Source: Cycas panzhihuaensis (lineage: Eukaryota > Plantae > Cycadophyta). From it: a stretch of DNA of 64,000 nt. The DNA lies in NCBI GenBank assembly GCA_023213395.1, contig CM041465.1, positions 252,347,741 to 252,411,740 of the forward strand, in the 5' to 3' direction. This document shows, piece after piece, positions 12,601 through 25,831 of this stretch. The notes under the pieces were generated by a model. It was not told the DNA's origin. It did no database searches and was given only the letters and a program-made list of their open reading frames with translations. Within the stretch, counting starts at the first letter, position 1; each line of letters starts with the position of its first letter. The position numbers and the translations under genes are program-made.

Positions 12601-14630
12601 CAACTGCCTTAGTATACAAAACACCTAAAGAAGTATGGTTTGGTAAGAAACCATCTCTTAGTCATCTTAGAGTTTTTGGTTGTGAAGCTTTTGTGTATGT
12701 TCCTAAATAGCAAAGGACTAGGGTTGATTTTAAAACACAAAAGACTTTTTTCATTAGTTATGGTGATGGTGTTAAAGGGTATAAGTTTCATAACCTTGAA
12801 ACACAAAAGGTTATGTATTTCTATGATGTTGTCTTTAGAGAGGAGTTTAAGTTTCTAAAGCAAGATGAAGAAACAAAGGAGGAACACTTTAAGAAGGTAC
12901 AATTTGAAGTAAGGAACGAAGATTTTACATCATAATATAAGTCAGCTAAAGAGGAAGAACCAGTTGTAGAGGTAGCTCAACCTCAAGAACCCCACATATT
13001 GAGGAGATCAACTCGTGAGAGAAGATAGCCTAATAGGTATATTCTTAAAGACTTTCGTCATTCCTCTTTTGTTTTATCTGCTATAGATGATGATCTAGGT
13101 ACTATTCGGGAGGCTCTAGAGTCAAAAGAGAGCCAACTCTAAATGAAGGCCATGCAAGAAGAAATGATAACCTTGGACAAAAATAATACGTAGGATTTGG
13201 TGGATCTGCTTGATGGCAGAAAACCTATTGATAACAAATGGATCTTTAAGAAGAAGTTCTAGGCAGATGGTACTGTGGAAAAGTACAAAGGCTCGCTTGG
13301 TAGCAAAGGGCTATTCCGAAGTCAAAGGAATGGATTTTGGTAAGGTATTTTCTCATGTTGCAAAAGTTGCTTCAATTCGATTTTTATTAATTATAGCAGC
13401 TGCTTATGACCTTGAAGTAGATAAAATGGATGCGAAGATTACATTTCTTCATGGTGACCTCGAGGAAGAAATTTATATATTACAACCTAAAGGGTTTGAA
13501 GTTGTAGGGAAGGAGAATATGATATGTAAGTTGAAGAAGTCATTATACGGCTTAAAACAGTCACCAAGGATATGGTACCAAAAGTTTGATTCACATATGT
13601 TGGTGGATGGTTTTATGCATATCAAAGCAGATCATTGTATTTATTATGAACAAGTTGGTGATCATTTTATTAGTAACAATAAAGGAATGAACCAACTTGT
13701 GAAAGATCAACTAGCATCTCACATTGAGATCAAGGACCTTAGTGCTACACATTTTATTTTGGGCATTGAGATTAAAAGGAATAGGAGAAACAGGAAGATT
13801 TGGCTTAGCCAAAGACGGTATATTGAGATAATATTACAACAATTCAAGTTACAGGATAGTAAACCAATTAATGCTCCTCTTCATACTGGTTTAAAATTAT
13901 CAACTGAATAATGCCCAAAGACTCACTAAGAAGTTGAAGACATGGCATTCGTTACTTATGCTAGTGCTCTTAGTAGCCTGATGTATGTAATGGTTTGCAC
14001 TCAACTAGACATTGCCCATGCAGTGGGAGTAGTTAGCAGGTATATGTCGAACCTAGGTAGGGAGCATTGGGTGGTTGTGAAAAGGATTTTTAGGTATCTA
14101 CGAGGTACATCAGACTATGGAATTTGCTATTAAGGAGATCCCATGGAGAGCAGAACAATGAAACTGAGAGGTTTTATTGATGCTGATTAGGCTAGAGATC
14201 TTGACAGTTGAAGATCTACAAGTAGGTATGTTTTTACCCTTTGTGGTGGCGCAGTCAGCTAGATGAGTAAAAAACAATAAGTTGTTACATTTTCTAGCAT
14301 AGAAGCAGAGTATATAGTAGCTACTCATACATGTAAGGAAATAATTTGGTTACAAAGATTATGCACAGATATTGGCTTTAAGTAAGATGCTATGAGAATA
14401 GATTGTAATAGTCAAAGTGCAATGTACCTAGCAAAGAACCCTATTTTTCATGTTCAGTCAAAGCATATTGATGTGCAATTCCATTTTGTGAGGAAAATAG
14501 TTCAAGATCACAAGGTAGATTTGTATAAGATTGCTACACAAGAGAATGTTGCTAACTCATTGACTAAGATTATTAGCACATAAAAATTTAGATGGTGTAG
14601 AATTAAAATGGGTGTTTGTGATTTTGGCAC
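12601..14630 (+). pseudogene. Copia-B pol pseudogene, second part (duplicated IN-RT segment, then RT end and RNase H)
   Basis: ORFs 13210-13911, 13942-14133 and 14392-14583 (DCNSQSAMYLAKNPIFHVQSKHIDVQFHFVR). Confidence 0.9.
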
Positions 14631-14682
14631 TAAGTGGTTATGTATGTAGGTTTTCTTGTAAAGTGTTCAACAAGTGGGAGAT

Positions 14683-15186
14683 TGTTAGATATGTTGAACA
14701 CTTTGCAAGTGTTACATGGGTATAGGCATTACACCCAAGCCCCTTTATGCGGTCTGGGGGCTCGTTATAAGGCCCCTAGCTGGGGGTTCTTGGGGGCTAG
14801 TGGCCCCCCAGGCGAGGGTTTGGGGGCGAGAGCCCCCGAGAAAAATTTTTGGGTGTCTTATGGGGGTCTTTTGTCAGCCCATGGTTTATGCCCATTATAT
14901 TATAAAACCGCAAGGTGGTATCTTATAATATTGTATCTATATATTCTTATGTAATGGCACATGTAACATGATGATGATATGGTCGTGGATGAGTCAAGGA
15001 GAAGAGTTGGGGTTCATTCATCTCTATAATTCTTTAGTTATTGCTCTGATTAATAAAAGATCTATGCTTAGACATGAATCTCTCGATGTTCTTTGTTGAG
15101 TGCTTAATTTATTTATGTTATTTATTCTTTGTATGGTTTAGAGTTCTATTATCACATTACTTCTGCAGTTATATATTTTCTCTTCA
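14683..15186 (+). repeat. Copia-B 3' LTR (504 bp)
   Basis: Follows the PPT, matches 3794-4298 end to end, and is followed by the TSD copy. Confidence 0.95.
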
Positions 15187-18186
15187 GTACATACTAGAAA
15201 TTGTAATTACTTGTCTTAAAAGTTAAATGAAGATATATTCAAAGAGTTTAAAATGAAAAATTTAGGACTTATATATTATTTCTTAAGCGTTAAAGTGTAG
15301 CAAGATAGGAAGGGGATATTTATGTCAAAAAAGAATTATATAATAGATATACTGCATAAATTTAACATGGCTAATTATAAGCCACTTTTAACGCCAACAA
15401 AAGTTGGGTTGAAATTGTCCAAGTTTGAGGAGCTTGAATCGCTTAACCTTACACTTTATAGGTAGTTGATTGGGAGCATTATTTACTTACATTTAATTCA
15501 ATTAGATATTATGTATATAGTCAATATAATTACCAAGTTTATTCACGAACCTAAGGTTAAGTATTGGTAAGTAGCCAAAAGGATTCTCAGGTATCTTAGA
15601 GGAACTATTGGATATAGTCTATAGTATAGGTCATCAGAGGGTTACAAGTTAATTAGTTGTATAGACTTAGACTAGGTAGGTTATGTAGATGATAGAGAGT
15701 CCACTTTAGGTTATGCATTTAATTTTAGTTCAACAACAATAGCATGGAGTTTAAAGAAATAGGCAATGATATATCTATCTATTGTATAAGCAAAGTATAC
15801 GGTAGTTGTAGCAGGAACTTGTGAGATAGTTTGGCTTAGGATATTATTTTAGGATTTATAAGAGGAATAGATTAGTCCCACATAACTATTTTATAATAAT
15901 CAAAGTACCATTTAGTGTTTCATGATAGGACAAAGTATATTAAAATATAATATCACTTTATTAAAGAATTAATACAATTAAGTGAGTTGGAGTTGGTTTG
16001 TTATAGTATAGGGGATTGGATAGGAGACATCTTTATAAAGGTACTTGGAAAAATAAAATTCATCAAATTCATAGATAAATTTAGAATCTCCCTAAATAGG
16101 TACTATAGAGTAGAAATGTTGAGATAATACCCACATTGGGGGTATTTCCCAAATCTTAGAGGTAACACTTCTCTAACATTTATCAATGTCAGATGATGGT
16201 AGACCTTGAGAGGTGTGCCAAACACTCTCAGTCCTATTTATTTATTTATAGGCTCTAAAGACCCTGGGGTTCATCAATACCACCTTCATCATGAAATACA
16301 TTTGTTATCCTCTAACTTTATCATTTATGTTGAATGTTATTCTTTGATTCCATCATCGCATTTAAAAGGGCTTGCATTAATAACAATGCCTCCATTTCGC
16401 CTTCTAATTCCATAGTCGTATTAATTGTTTAATAAAAAATCTTTGGATTTTAATATAAAATTATAATTTATATCACTAGTAGGATCCCATTCATAAAATA
16501 ATCAATTTGTTATTTCTTATGCAACTAATATATACTTTGTGCAAATACTTCCAAGCATCTCAACAAAATCTTATAAAGTATAACCTAATTATATTTGTAA
16601 GTATCTTAGTTCCATAAAGGCTAGTTACCTTAATTTTTTATGACTAAATTCTTTGGAGAATAGTTTCTTATATTCACCCTGGTCTTTATTTATTTTTTTC
16701 TCTACCATTCCTTGATATTAGATTTATGCTCTTATCTTGAAAGTTGGTTACAAATTTATTTAACTTTATCTTAGCATTAATAACATCATGATAGTTCTAT
16801 AGTGACTTAAAACAAGCATATGCTATGATCCATAAACAGTATCATCATACTCTAACAATTAACTTTTAACCATATATTACTCTACAAGTATTGTAATACC
16901 CATTTTATTATTATAGCTTAATCTTTATTATTTCTTCTCTATGGATGACTTCATGTGAGGAGGGTTTTTAAGGTAAGTTAGATCTTGAATTGAAAGGGTT
17001 TTAATTCTATCAATAATTTTTTATATGGATTAACTACATTCTCCTTTGGGAGGGGACATCAGATTATAACTTCTAAAAATCTCCTTTTATCTCTTTACTC
17101 ACATGCTTACTCCTTTTGTGACTCCTCTATAAAAGGAAACCATTACCTTGTCCTTGATTTTTTTTATACCCCTTTTAATCCAATTGCCTATCCTCCCCCA
17201 TCAATCTTTTCTTTAGCCTACTATAGCACTTCAATTAATACATGTTTTAGTGGGGAGTAATTTTTATTAATAAGTAACACTAAATCCAATTGACAACAAA
17301 ACCAAATATTGAACATTTTGAGTTAATGTATTACGTAAATTAATTCAATCGTTTAATCACTAATAATGTCCATTATAAATAACGAATTCTTAGAAAACTA
17401 GTTTGTAAAATTATAGGATCACTATTACATTGATTGAATTATAAGACTACCCTAAGAACTCTTATATTTTGGTTTTTATTATATTTTATACTCATACTAA
17501 TAGTTACAATAAATTACCTTGTTAAGTTACTTATTTAGGTGTGCTTAGGAGGCAGTAGCGATTGTGGAGCGATTGGAATCGACTACTAGAGTTTCGTAGA
17601 GAACGGGTGGTGGCGCACAGAGTTTTGAAGAACAGGACGATATGGCGTCCCTCGAACGGTGCAAGCATGGTCACCTGGACCGTGCCTAGTGGCTCTGTTG
17701 GGGCTTACCATCCCCATGATCAGACCGTGACAGTAGGAAGACCGCCTGCGAAGCATAACGGGCCATGCTTGGTGTTAAACAGGCCACGAATGAGTTGCAA
17801 AGGTGACAGGGCGAGAGGTGCTCAGAGTTTGCAGGCTAGGGTTCTCCCAATGGTGCGTTGAGACCTGAAGTCCAAGTTACTAAGCCATCCTACAAAAGGA
17901 GTAGGTTGTTGTGATGAGTTTGATGAAACAGTAGAAAGACTGGCTATGAAAGGAGATAGGCCCCGCTCAGAGGAAGACAGACTGTGCAAAAAGACAGACA
18001 GTGAAGGAAAGGCTTTGTATGGTGACGAAGGACGCCCAGAGAAGAACTTGAACGGTAGCTCCCAGACTTGGAAAGGATTGACAAAGAGAATGCTTGTGGT
18101 TGAGTTGGTTTTAATGCCAAGAGCCATGGTGTGTTCCTGCTTCCCTTGTATGGGGTTTTTCTATTACAGTTTATAATTTCTTAAAT

Positions 18187-19621
18187 ATGGAAAAGGACCA
18201 TAATCCTCAAAATCAGAACCAGAACCCCAACTTTGTCATAGGAGATCCTACTGCAATGTTTTGAAAACAAATGAGGAGGAAACATTTGACTTAACACCTG
18301 TGATTTAGGATAATAAGGTTAGACTGAAAATCCCCTAGGCTCTAGTGGAGAAAACTGAGAAACTATGGGAGAACTGCCTTGTTGGCAGATTCTCAAGACC
18401 TAGACCGGGTCTAGAAACTATTAGGATCTGGACGAGGACTAAATGGAAAACGGTGGGTAGCGTGGAAGTAATAGCCATGCCTAAGGGCTGCGTGCTATTT
18501 AAATTTTCTTCTTATGAAGATATGTCTAGCATTTTGTTAAGGGCCCCATGGATGTTTGGTAGGAAGGCCCTATCTATCGAGAAATGGCATAGGGACTTTG
18601 ATCCATCTGTTCCCAAATCAGACAAGCTCCTATATGGATCCAACTCCCGGGCCTTCCCTTACACCACTGGAACCCTGAAGTATTTAAAGGTATAGCAAAA
18701 GCGATGGGTCCTCTTTTAGCAATAGATTCTGCGACAAAGAACATGAGCAGACTCATAAATGCTAGAATTTACGCCTTGGTCCAGATTGATAAACCCCTCT
18801 TGGATGACATATGGATGGACACAACGGAAGGGAGCTGGGTACATCCATTGATCTATGAGATGGAGTATTTTAGATATTCCACCTACAGAAACTTGGGGCA
18901 TCTACCCCAAAAGTGCCCGGGGGTGCAGCTCTGAAAGGATAAGAAAATAGAGGGTCCCTCAGAACCAAATCCCCAGGAAAAGAAGGAGAAGGAAGAAGGG
19001 GTGGTACTAGAACGTCCAGGCCAAATGGAGGATGTTGAGGCCTCTCACCTAAACCTGGGTTTTGACCCCAATGAGGAGGACAAGCTTCTATAGGAAGGTA
19101 AGTAAGTAGCACAGGTTCTTGCGGCCCCGGGAAGCCTGGATGGTGAGGATGGTATAGGGGACCCCACCCCTGCTGGGGATGCCTCTTTGGCCTAAACTAC
19201 CCTGCCCGAGCCACAGAGGATGCAGGATAAGGAGGTCGTGCTGAGGTTGGGTTTGCCCCCACTGCTTGTAAAGGACCCCTCCACATATATTGAAGATAAG
19301 ATAGCAAAAGAATTAGTGAACCAGGGGTAGTTGGTTGGGGTTAAGGAGCCTATGATGCCCATATTGGAGGACCTAGGGATGCCAAGTCTAGATTCCTTAC
19401 CACAATCGGTTATGTCCCAAAAGAAGCAATCGGATGTGGGAGTTAAGAAGAAGGTAGGGAGGCCACCTTCGAAATCACAAAGAGAGAAAGAAATAGCTAC
19501 CCAAGTAGATCAAGGCACCCAGAAAACTTTAAAGGAAGTTTTCCTAGAAGGGCCTATTCGTAGATCCATAACAGAAGGTAGAGAGCCTCCAAAAGGCGAA
19601 GCTATTGAAGTTTGGAAGTAA
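18187..19621 (+). pseudogene. LINE ORF1 (DUF4283/RRM-like region plus degenerate CCHC zinc knuckle), disrupted
   Basis: LWENCLVGRF..VLFKFSSYED..APWMFGRKALSIEKW is typical of plant L1 ORF1; decayed knuckle YSTYRNLGHLPQKC. The start at ATG 18187 is tentative. Confidence 0.85.
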
Positions 19622-19634
19622 AGAAAGAAAAGAT

Positions 19635-22600
19635 TAAAATTATATTGTGGAATATTAGGGGACTCAATGCCCCTTCGAAATAGAGAATTATTAGGGATAT
19701 GGAGAATAGATACCACCCGAACCTGATCTTCTTGCAGGAAACCAAACTAAGCAAGGAGAACGGACCAAGGATTAGGAACAAAATTTGGAAGAACACCGAA
19801 GGTATTGAGATCGACTATGCCCAAGGAGTTGGGGGCTTAATGGTACTATGGAATTCGTCGACATGGTCGGGAGAATTTTTTTTTGCTAAGGATTCCTTTA
19901 TTTCGGTACGGTTAACAAATAAAAGTAACAACAACACATGGCTAGCAATAAACGTCTATGCCCCAAATCTTCAAGAGGCCAAGAAGAGGCTTTGGGATAA
20001 ATTACTAGAGGCCCACAGGGACTGCCAACAACCATGGCTACTGGCGGGGGACTTCAACTCGGTGTTGTCCCTAGGGGACAAGAGAGGTGGCACTAGTGGA
20101 TGGACAATTAGCATGAGCGAGTTCAGTGACTTCCTACAACAGGGGGATCTGAAGGATGTTAAGCTCAGGGGTGCTTCATTTACCTGGTCCAATAAGTGTT
20201 TGGGGGGATGACTTAATTCAAATTAAATTAGACAAGGTGCTGGTCAATTATGATTGGATGAGGTACTTCAATGACTTCACCCTCGAGGCTCTGCTGAGGA
20301 TTAGCTCTGACCATCCTACCCTCTTGCTTCAATTTTCAGATCCAAGTAAATATATTGGGTCACCCTTCAGGTTCAAATTAATGTGGCTTCAACACTCTAA
20401 TCTTCGGAAGAGGATTGAGGAATGGCGGGGAGTTCAAATTAAAGGCCATGCAATGTACAGATTCTCGAAGAAACTAGATTGGGTCAAAAGACAAGTGAAG
20501 GTATGAAACAAGGAAGTAATTCAAAATATATACAAACAGAAGGATAAAACCATCCGTGAACTGAAAGAAATAGAGGACAGGATCGAATGGATGGGCAGAT
20601 CCCTAGAGCTAGATAAGACAAAGAAGGAGCTGGCTGAGGCCCTGGAGGAGATTCTCACCAAAGAGGAAATCCATTCGAGACAAAAATCCAGGGTTCTGTG
20701 GCTGGCTAAAGGAGACAGAAACACTAAATTTTTCCATATGACCACAGCCAAACATAGAGCAAGCAATAGAATTATCAGTCTTCAAAAGGAAGATGGCTCA
20801 GTAGTAAGTTCGTCAGAGAGTATGAAGGAGTTGGCTAGTGAATATTTCAAGGACTTATTTACTGAGCCGCAGGATGGGGATGAGGATAGAAGGAAGGACT
20901 TCCTAAACAATATCCCCAGTCTGGTGAATGAAGCTCAAAATGCTCAACTGACAGCTCCGTTCACCCTGGATGAAGTCAGGGTAGCTCTCTTGGTATGAAG
21001 AAAGATAAAGCTTCTGGCCCCGATGGATTTCCACTGGGGTTTTTTCAAGAGTTTTGGGATATTATTAAGGGGGATCTTATGGAAGCTTTGCATGAGTTTT
21101 ATGTAAACAAAAAGATTCTGTAGGAATGGTAGACTACATTCCTCATTCTCATCCCTAAAAAAGAAGGGGTAAAAAGGATGGAAGAGTTTTGCCCCATCAG
21201 TCTCTGCAATGTTAAATACAAGATTATAACCAAGGTTTTAGTCATTAGATTAAAGAAAATTATGCCAAACATTATCTCCCATAATCAAGATGATTTTCTC
21301 CGAGGCAAGCAGATTTATGATGGTTATATTGTAGTCCACGAAACAGTTCACTCAGCCGCAGAAAGGAAGGAGCCCGTGATGCTCATCAAGATTGACCTCA
21401 TGAAGGCCTTCGATAGGGTCTCCTGGGAGTGCTTGCTAGATTGTCTAGAGGCATTTGGCTTTGGGGAACCTTGGCGGTCTTGGATAAAGCTGTGTATCGG
21501 CAACCCGCAATTCTCAGTTATTATCAATGGATCATCTTCCATCTTTTTTCCTAGTTTTAGGGGGCTGAGACAGGGTGACCCCCTCTCTCCATTCCTGTAC
21601 ATCACGATGGCTGGATTGTTGGGTAGAACCCTGGAGTCCGCTAGGAGGCAAGGGATTATAAATGACATTAAACTAACATCTGGGTTGGATAATGTGGCCC
21701 ACCATCAATTTGTGAACGATAATATTTTCTTAGGGAAGGCTACTGTAAGAGAGGCATCCAAATTCAAGGAGATTTTAGGGCACTTCGAGAAGGCCACGAA
21801 CCAGAAGATAAGTCTGAATAAGAGTAATGTCTTTTTCATAAATACCCTAAGTCGTATCCAAGGTAGGATCATCAGAATTCTAGATGTGGGTATTAAAAAG
21901 CTCCCCACAACTTACCTCGGTTTGCCTCTCTTTATTGGAAAGATGACCAAAGATATGTGGAACCCCCTTATCGACAGGATGCAAAGGAAGTTGGCGGGTT
22001 GGAAAGGTGCCCTTTTAAGTTTAGCTGGAAAACTCCAGCTAGTTGCTTCTATGCTTCATAGCATTCCAGTTTTTTGGATGTCCATCTTTAGAGTTCTGCC
22101 GAGAATCTCAGACACTATTGAATCCATCCAGAAGAGATTCCTCTGGTCTAGGATAGAAAGCAAGGATAGGATACATCTGGTGAGTTGGAGCAAAGTCTGT
22201 ACTCCAAAATGGGCCAGTGGCCTCAATCTGAGAAGGCTTTCTCCCTTCAAAGTTGGGCTGGCGATTATTCAAAGGAGGAGAGAGACTATGGGAGAAGATC
22301 CTATCAAGAAAATATATTCAAGGGAGCTCTCTTATAGATAACAATGCTTCGCCGGTTGGTTCAACCGTCTGGTGGAGCATCCTTAAAGCATGGAAAGCTA
22401 TCAGGGACGGCCTAAAATGGAGATTGGTAGATGGCAACTCCATAAGATTTTGGGAGGATGCGTGGTGTTGCGACAAGGCTCTAAAGGAATACCCAGACCT
22501 GGAGCCTATCATGGGTCCTTATGTCAGGCATTACGACAAACATGTAAAAGATTATTAGACCAGAAGTGGAAGAAATAGGGACTGGAGGAATTTTGAGGAA

Positions 22601-23811
22601 ATCCAGGGTGAAAGAAGATTGCAGGAGGGTCTTAATAAGATCAAAAGGGTTCTAGGTAAGAGTTACATCCCTAGAATGCCTTCGCTGGATTCGATTGTGT
22701 GGCCATTGAGTTCGTCCAGGGAATACACCATTAAACAGGGATACCACTACTTATACCTAACAAGAGGGGACCAGAGTAATCCAATATTAGAAGGTGTTTG
22801 GAGGCTCCCTCTCATCCCTAAGATAGTTATCTTCTAGTGGACTTGTCTCATGAATAAAATACTCACTGTAGATAACCTCAAAAAGAGAGGGCTTTTGTTG
22901 GCCAATATATGTATACTATGTTGCAAAGAAGAGGAATCTATGGACCATATCTTCCTTGAGTGTCCTTTCACAAGGGAGGTATGGAGGATGCTGCTTGAGA
23001 AATTGGAGGTGTGTTGGATATTCTCGGAAAAGACTGTTGACTTTTGGCTTGCTTGGCAAAGCCCATTTAGAAGTAGAATCTTAAGCTGTATCTGGAAGAG
23101 TGCACTTCTGATACTGGCGTGGAACATTTGGAAAGAGAGGAACCGAAGGATTTTCTAGGCGAATCAGATGGACCAGATAGCCACCTTTAATAGAATCTAT
23201 ATGGACATCAGAGAAAACATCAAAAACATTAAAGAGAAGCACATAACTCTAGCTAAGAACAGGATTCTGCTTAAATGGGGCTTAGAGCCTGTATTTGAGG
23301 CGGCAAAGCCCAGATGTAGCAGCTGGACGCCTCCGGAGGGGCCCTGGATTAAAATCAACTTCGATGGGGCGGCAAAAGGGAACCCCAGAGAAGCTGGGGG
23401 AGGGGGAATTTGCAAGGACAACAAAGGTACCCCCATTTGGGCCTTTGCGGATTATTACGAATACCAAACGAACCACTATGCGAAAATGCATACTATGCTC
23501 AAAGCCCTAGACTTAGCTCTCGAAGGGGACATTCAGCAACTGGTAATTGAGGGGGATTCAGAGGTAGTTTTAAACATGCTGAAAGGTGTGGCCTCCCACA
23601 CTGGAGATTCCAGCGCATAATCAATGATGCCAAGGAGATCATTAAGGGATTAGCAGATGTTTATATAAGGCACGCCTTGAAAGAAGGTAACAAAGTAGCT
23701 GATTTTTTGGCAAACTGGGGGGTGAGGTACAAGAAAGATCAAGTGTGGAGGTGTGATTTTCCTAGAGACCTCATGGTTCTAGTAGAGAAGGATATGGTCC
23801 GTAGCAACTAG
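19635..23811 (+). pseudogene. LINE ORF2 (AP endonuclease, RT, zf-RVT, RNase H), disrupted
   Basis: KIILWNIRGLN, IFLQETK, NVYAP, AGDFN, SDHP (EN); KIDLMKAFDRV, GLRQGDPLSP, QFVND (RT); CILC..ESMDHIFLECPF (zf); KINFDGAAKGNP..IEGDS..KVADFLA (RNase H). Several stops and frameshifts. Confidence 0.92.
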
Positions 23812-25831
23812 CCGCGGGACTTGTCCCGGCAACTAGTTCTCTTGCCTAGACCGTGGGGTTGTCACAATCATCTTTGATTTGGTTACACAAAGCTCACTGA
23901 TGTAATAGGTTGTGGGATCCTGTTTCAAACCCACTCAAAATTCAATTTTATTTTATCAAAAAAAAATAGTTACAATAAATTACATTTATTAAAATTACTT
24001 TGTAATGGTCTAGTCATGATGACTGACTCATGTCGTTCAAAAGTCTAACCACTTATCCAACTCATTGCAAAATGACTCATCTTACCACTAACTAGATGAT
24101 CAATAACATGATCAGTCATTAAGATGATGAATTAGATCTTTAGATTGGTAATAATGATACTAATATATCATGGCTCTATATTAGAACAAAACCTTAAGTG
24201 TTCCTAAGTGCATGAGTAAGGGAGTGTGTGGAGGTTCTCATACTCAAGTAAATGCTTCTACTAATTAAGAAGAAATAAAACTTATATCTACATGCATGAC
24301 CAATTTTTATGACAGAGGGTTGCATTATTCCTATAAGTCAAGTCCCTATAATGCATTCCTGTATAGGTAATTGGTTCATTATTCTAGTTCTTTTTTTAAT
24401 CTCTCTTATTAGAACTAGATTAAGGAATGTATAAATTATAGAACATAAGAGAATGCGATGAAATGAAGTTTCTTTTTTATTTTCTTTAAAAAAATAGAAA
24501 ATAAACAAGCAATGGAAAATGTAGCTAAGAAAATACAAGAAAACAATTTGTTTTAATTTCTTAATATAGAAGCAATGGACCAAAAACAAAAAAAAAGGTT
24601 TTAGACTACCATTTAATTTTTCTACTTTTTAATGTGAGCTAAAATATATAATGAAATAAAAGAAAAAAAGAAAAGGAACATGAAACTTTGACAAACATAT
24701 TAATTCCATTTTTCTTTTATTTACCATTTTTATTATAGAAATTAAGATGTAGAAAATTTAAATAGTAATAGGAAAGTTTAGAAAATAGACAAGGACATAA
24801 CAAATAAAAAATTAGAAAAGAAAAACTTAAGAAGACAAGTAAAAGCATGAGATAAGTTGAAAACATGTGAAATTCATTGAACTAATGGGGGTTATAAATT
24901 GTGTGGGGCTTTTACTAAAAATCCAAATGTAATTCTATAAGAAATAAATTGGAAATAATTGAAATAATATCAAATAAAAGATTATGAAAAGCAATGAAAG
25001 TCAAACAATGAGAAATACTTGATATTCATCACCACAATGGCATAATGGAAGATAATAACCCATGAATGCTTGTCCCTACATCGTAATGCCTATATACTTG
25101 TAATTATGGGTTGGGGTAACCTAGAAGTGGGCCACAACATGCCTTTACTTTTTAGAAAGCCTTGTCCTTAAGGCTTTATTATTTTAGTGCCATACATACT
25201 CTCCCTTCTTAAGATTATTATCCTTTAGGTTCGGTTGTTTCTAGGCCGCATGTGTCCTACACTTCCTTCTTGAAAACCACGTTCTCACTTTGTGCCTTAA
25301 TTTCTTATTTTTTTAAGGTGATTGAGGGAGCCAATTCCAAAGTAATGTGTTTATAGGGAGTTCATGTGACGAGTGTTATTTTGATTCTAATGAATGCATT
25401 GAGAAAGTTATAAAATCTTAGTACTGTGTTATGTGCCTCCATTTGAGGGGAGTAATATTTGAGATTCTTTATTATGGGCTTGTAAGACATTATCAATTTC
25501 TTAATTTGATGTGTCTTCCCTTACTTGTTATAGTGATAGTTTTGTTTTATTAAATAATCTCTTGAACCTTTCTATGAACTTTGTAATAGATGAATCTTCT
25601 TAGAAAATGTGGAACAATTGGATATGATATGCCTTTCCTTGGCTTCTTACTGCCTAGATGAGGAACTGCTATTTGAATTTATTAAAGATTAGGGCTCTTA
25701 TTTATGCAGCATCAAACTAAACTTTTCTCCATGTAAATGCATGGCCTTCTAGTTTGTTTGACACAAATCATATCTTCTTTAAAGGGGACAAGAACTCAAC
25801 ATCTAAGAATGTGCTTTCAAGTTTAATAAGT

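Larger units (their letters stand above)
3794..15186 (+). mobile_element. Copia-B: Tork/Tnt1-like Ty1/copia element with both LTRs, internally rearranged
   Basis: LTR pair TG..CA; TSD GTATA (3789-3793)/GTACA (15187-15191); tRNA-iMet PBS TGGTATCAGAGC 4301-4312; PPT AAGTGGGAGA 14672-14681. Gag starts MASTTKMEIEKFNGQNFELWKLKM at 4385, followed by PR (WFIDSGAS), IN (VHSDIFGP), RT (LYVDDML) and RH. Confidence 0.95.
642..16116 (+). mobile_element. Copia-A: highly degenerate Ty1/copia gag-pol, split by Copia-B (segments 642-3793 and 15187-~16116)
   Basis: Gag (ILKFNGTNF.. at 642), protease WYIDSSCSTHM (~1690), integrase YFITFIHDFTR (~2310), RT up to LYIDHLVY (3770-3793). RT/RNase H resumes at 15187 (FKMKNLGLIYYFL...RTKYIKI*YHFIKE). 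Many stops and frameshifts. Confidence 0.85.
17518..23966 (+). mobile_element. Full-length plant L1-clade LINE with RNase H domain
   Basis: Perfect TSD TAGTTACAATAAATTAC at 17501-17517 and 23967-23983, A9 tail 23958-23966, and ORF1 + ORF2 domain order. Confidence 0.93.

Noticed and set aside
16117-16178. TGTTGAGA...CTCTAACA as the Copia-A 3' LTR
   Set aside because: The position fits, but 62 bp is very short and there is no partner LTR in the window; not reported as a feature.
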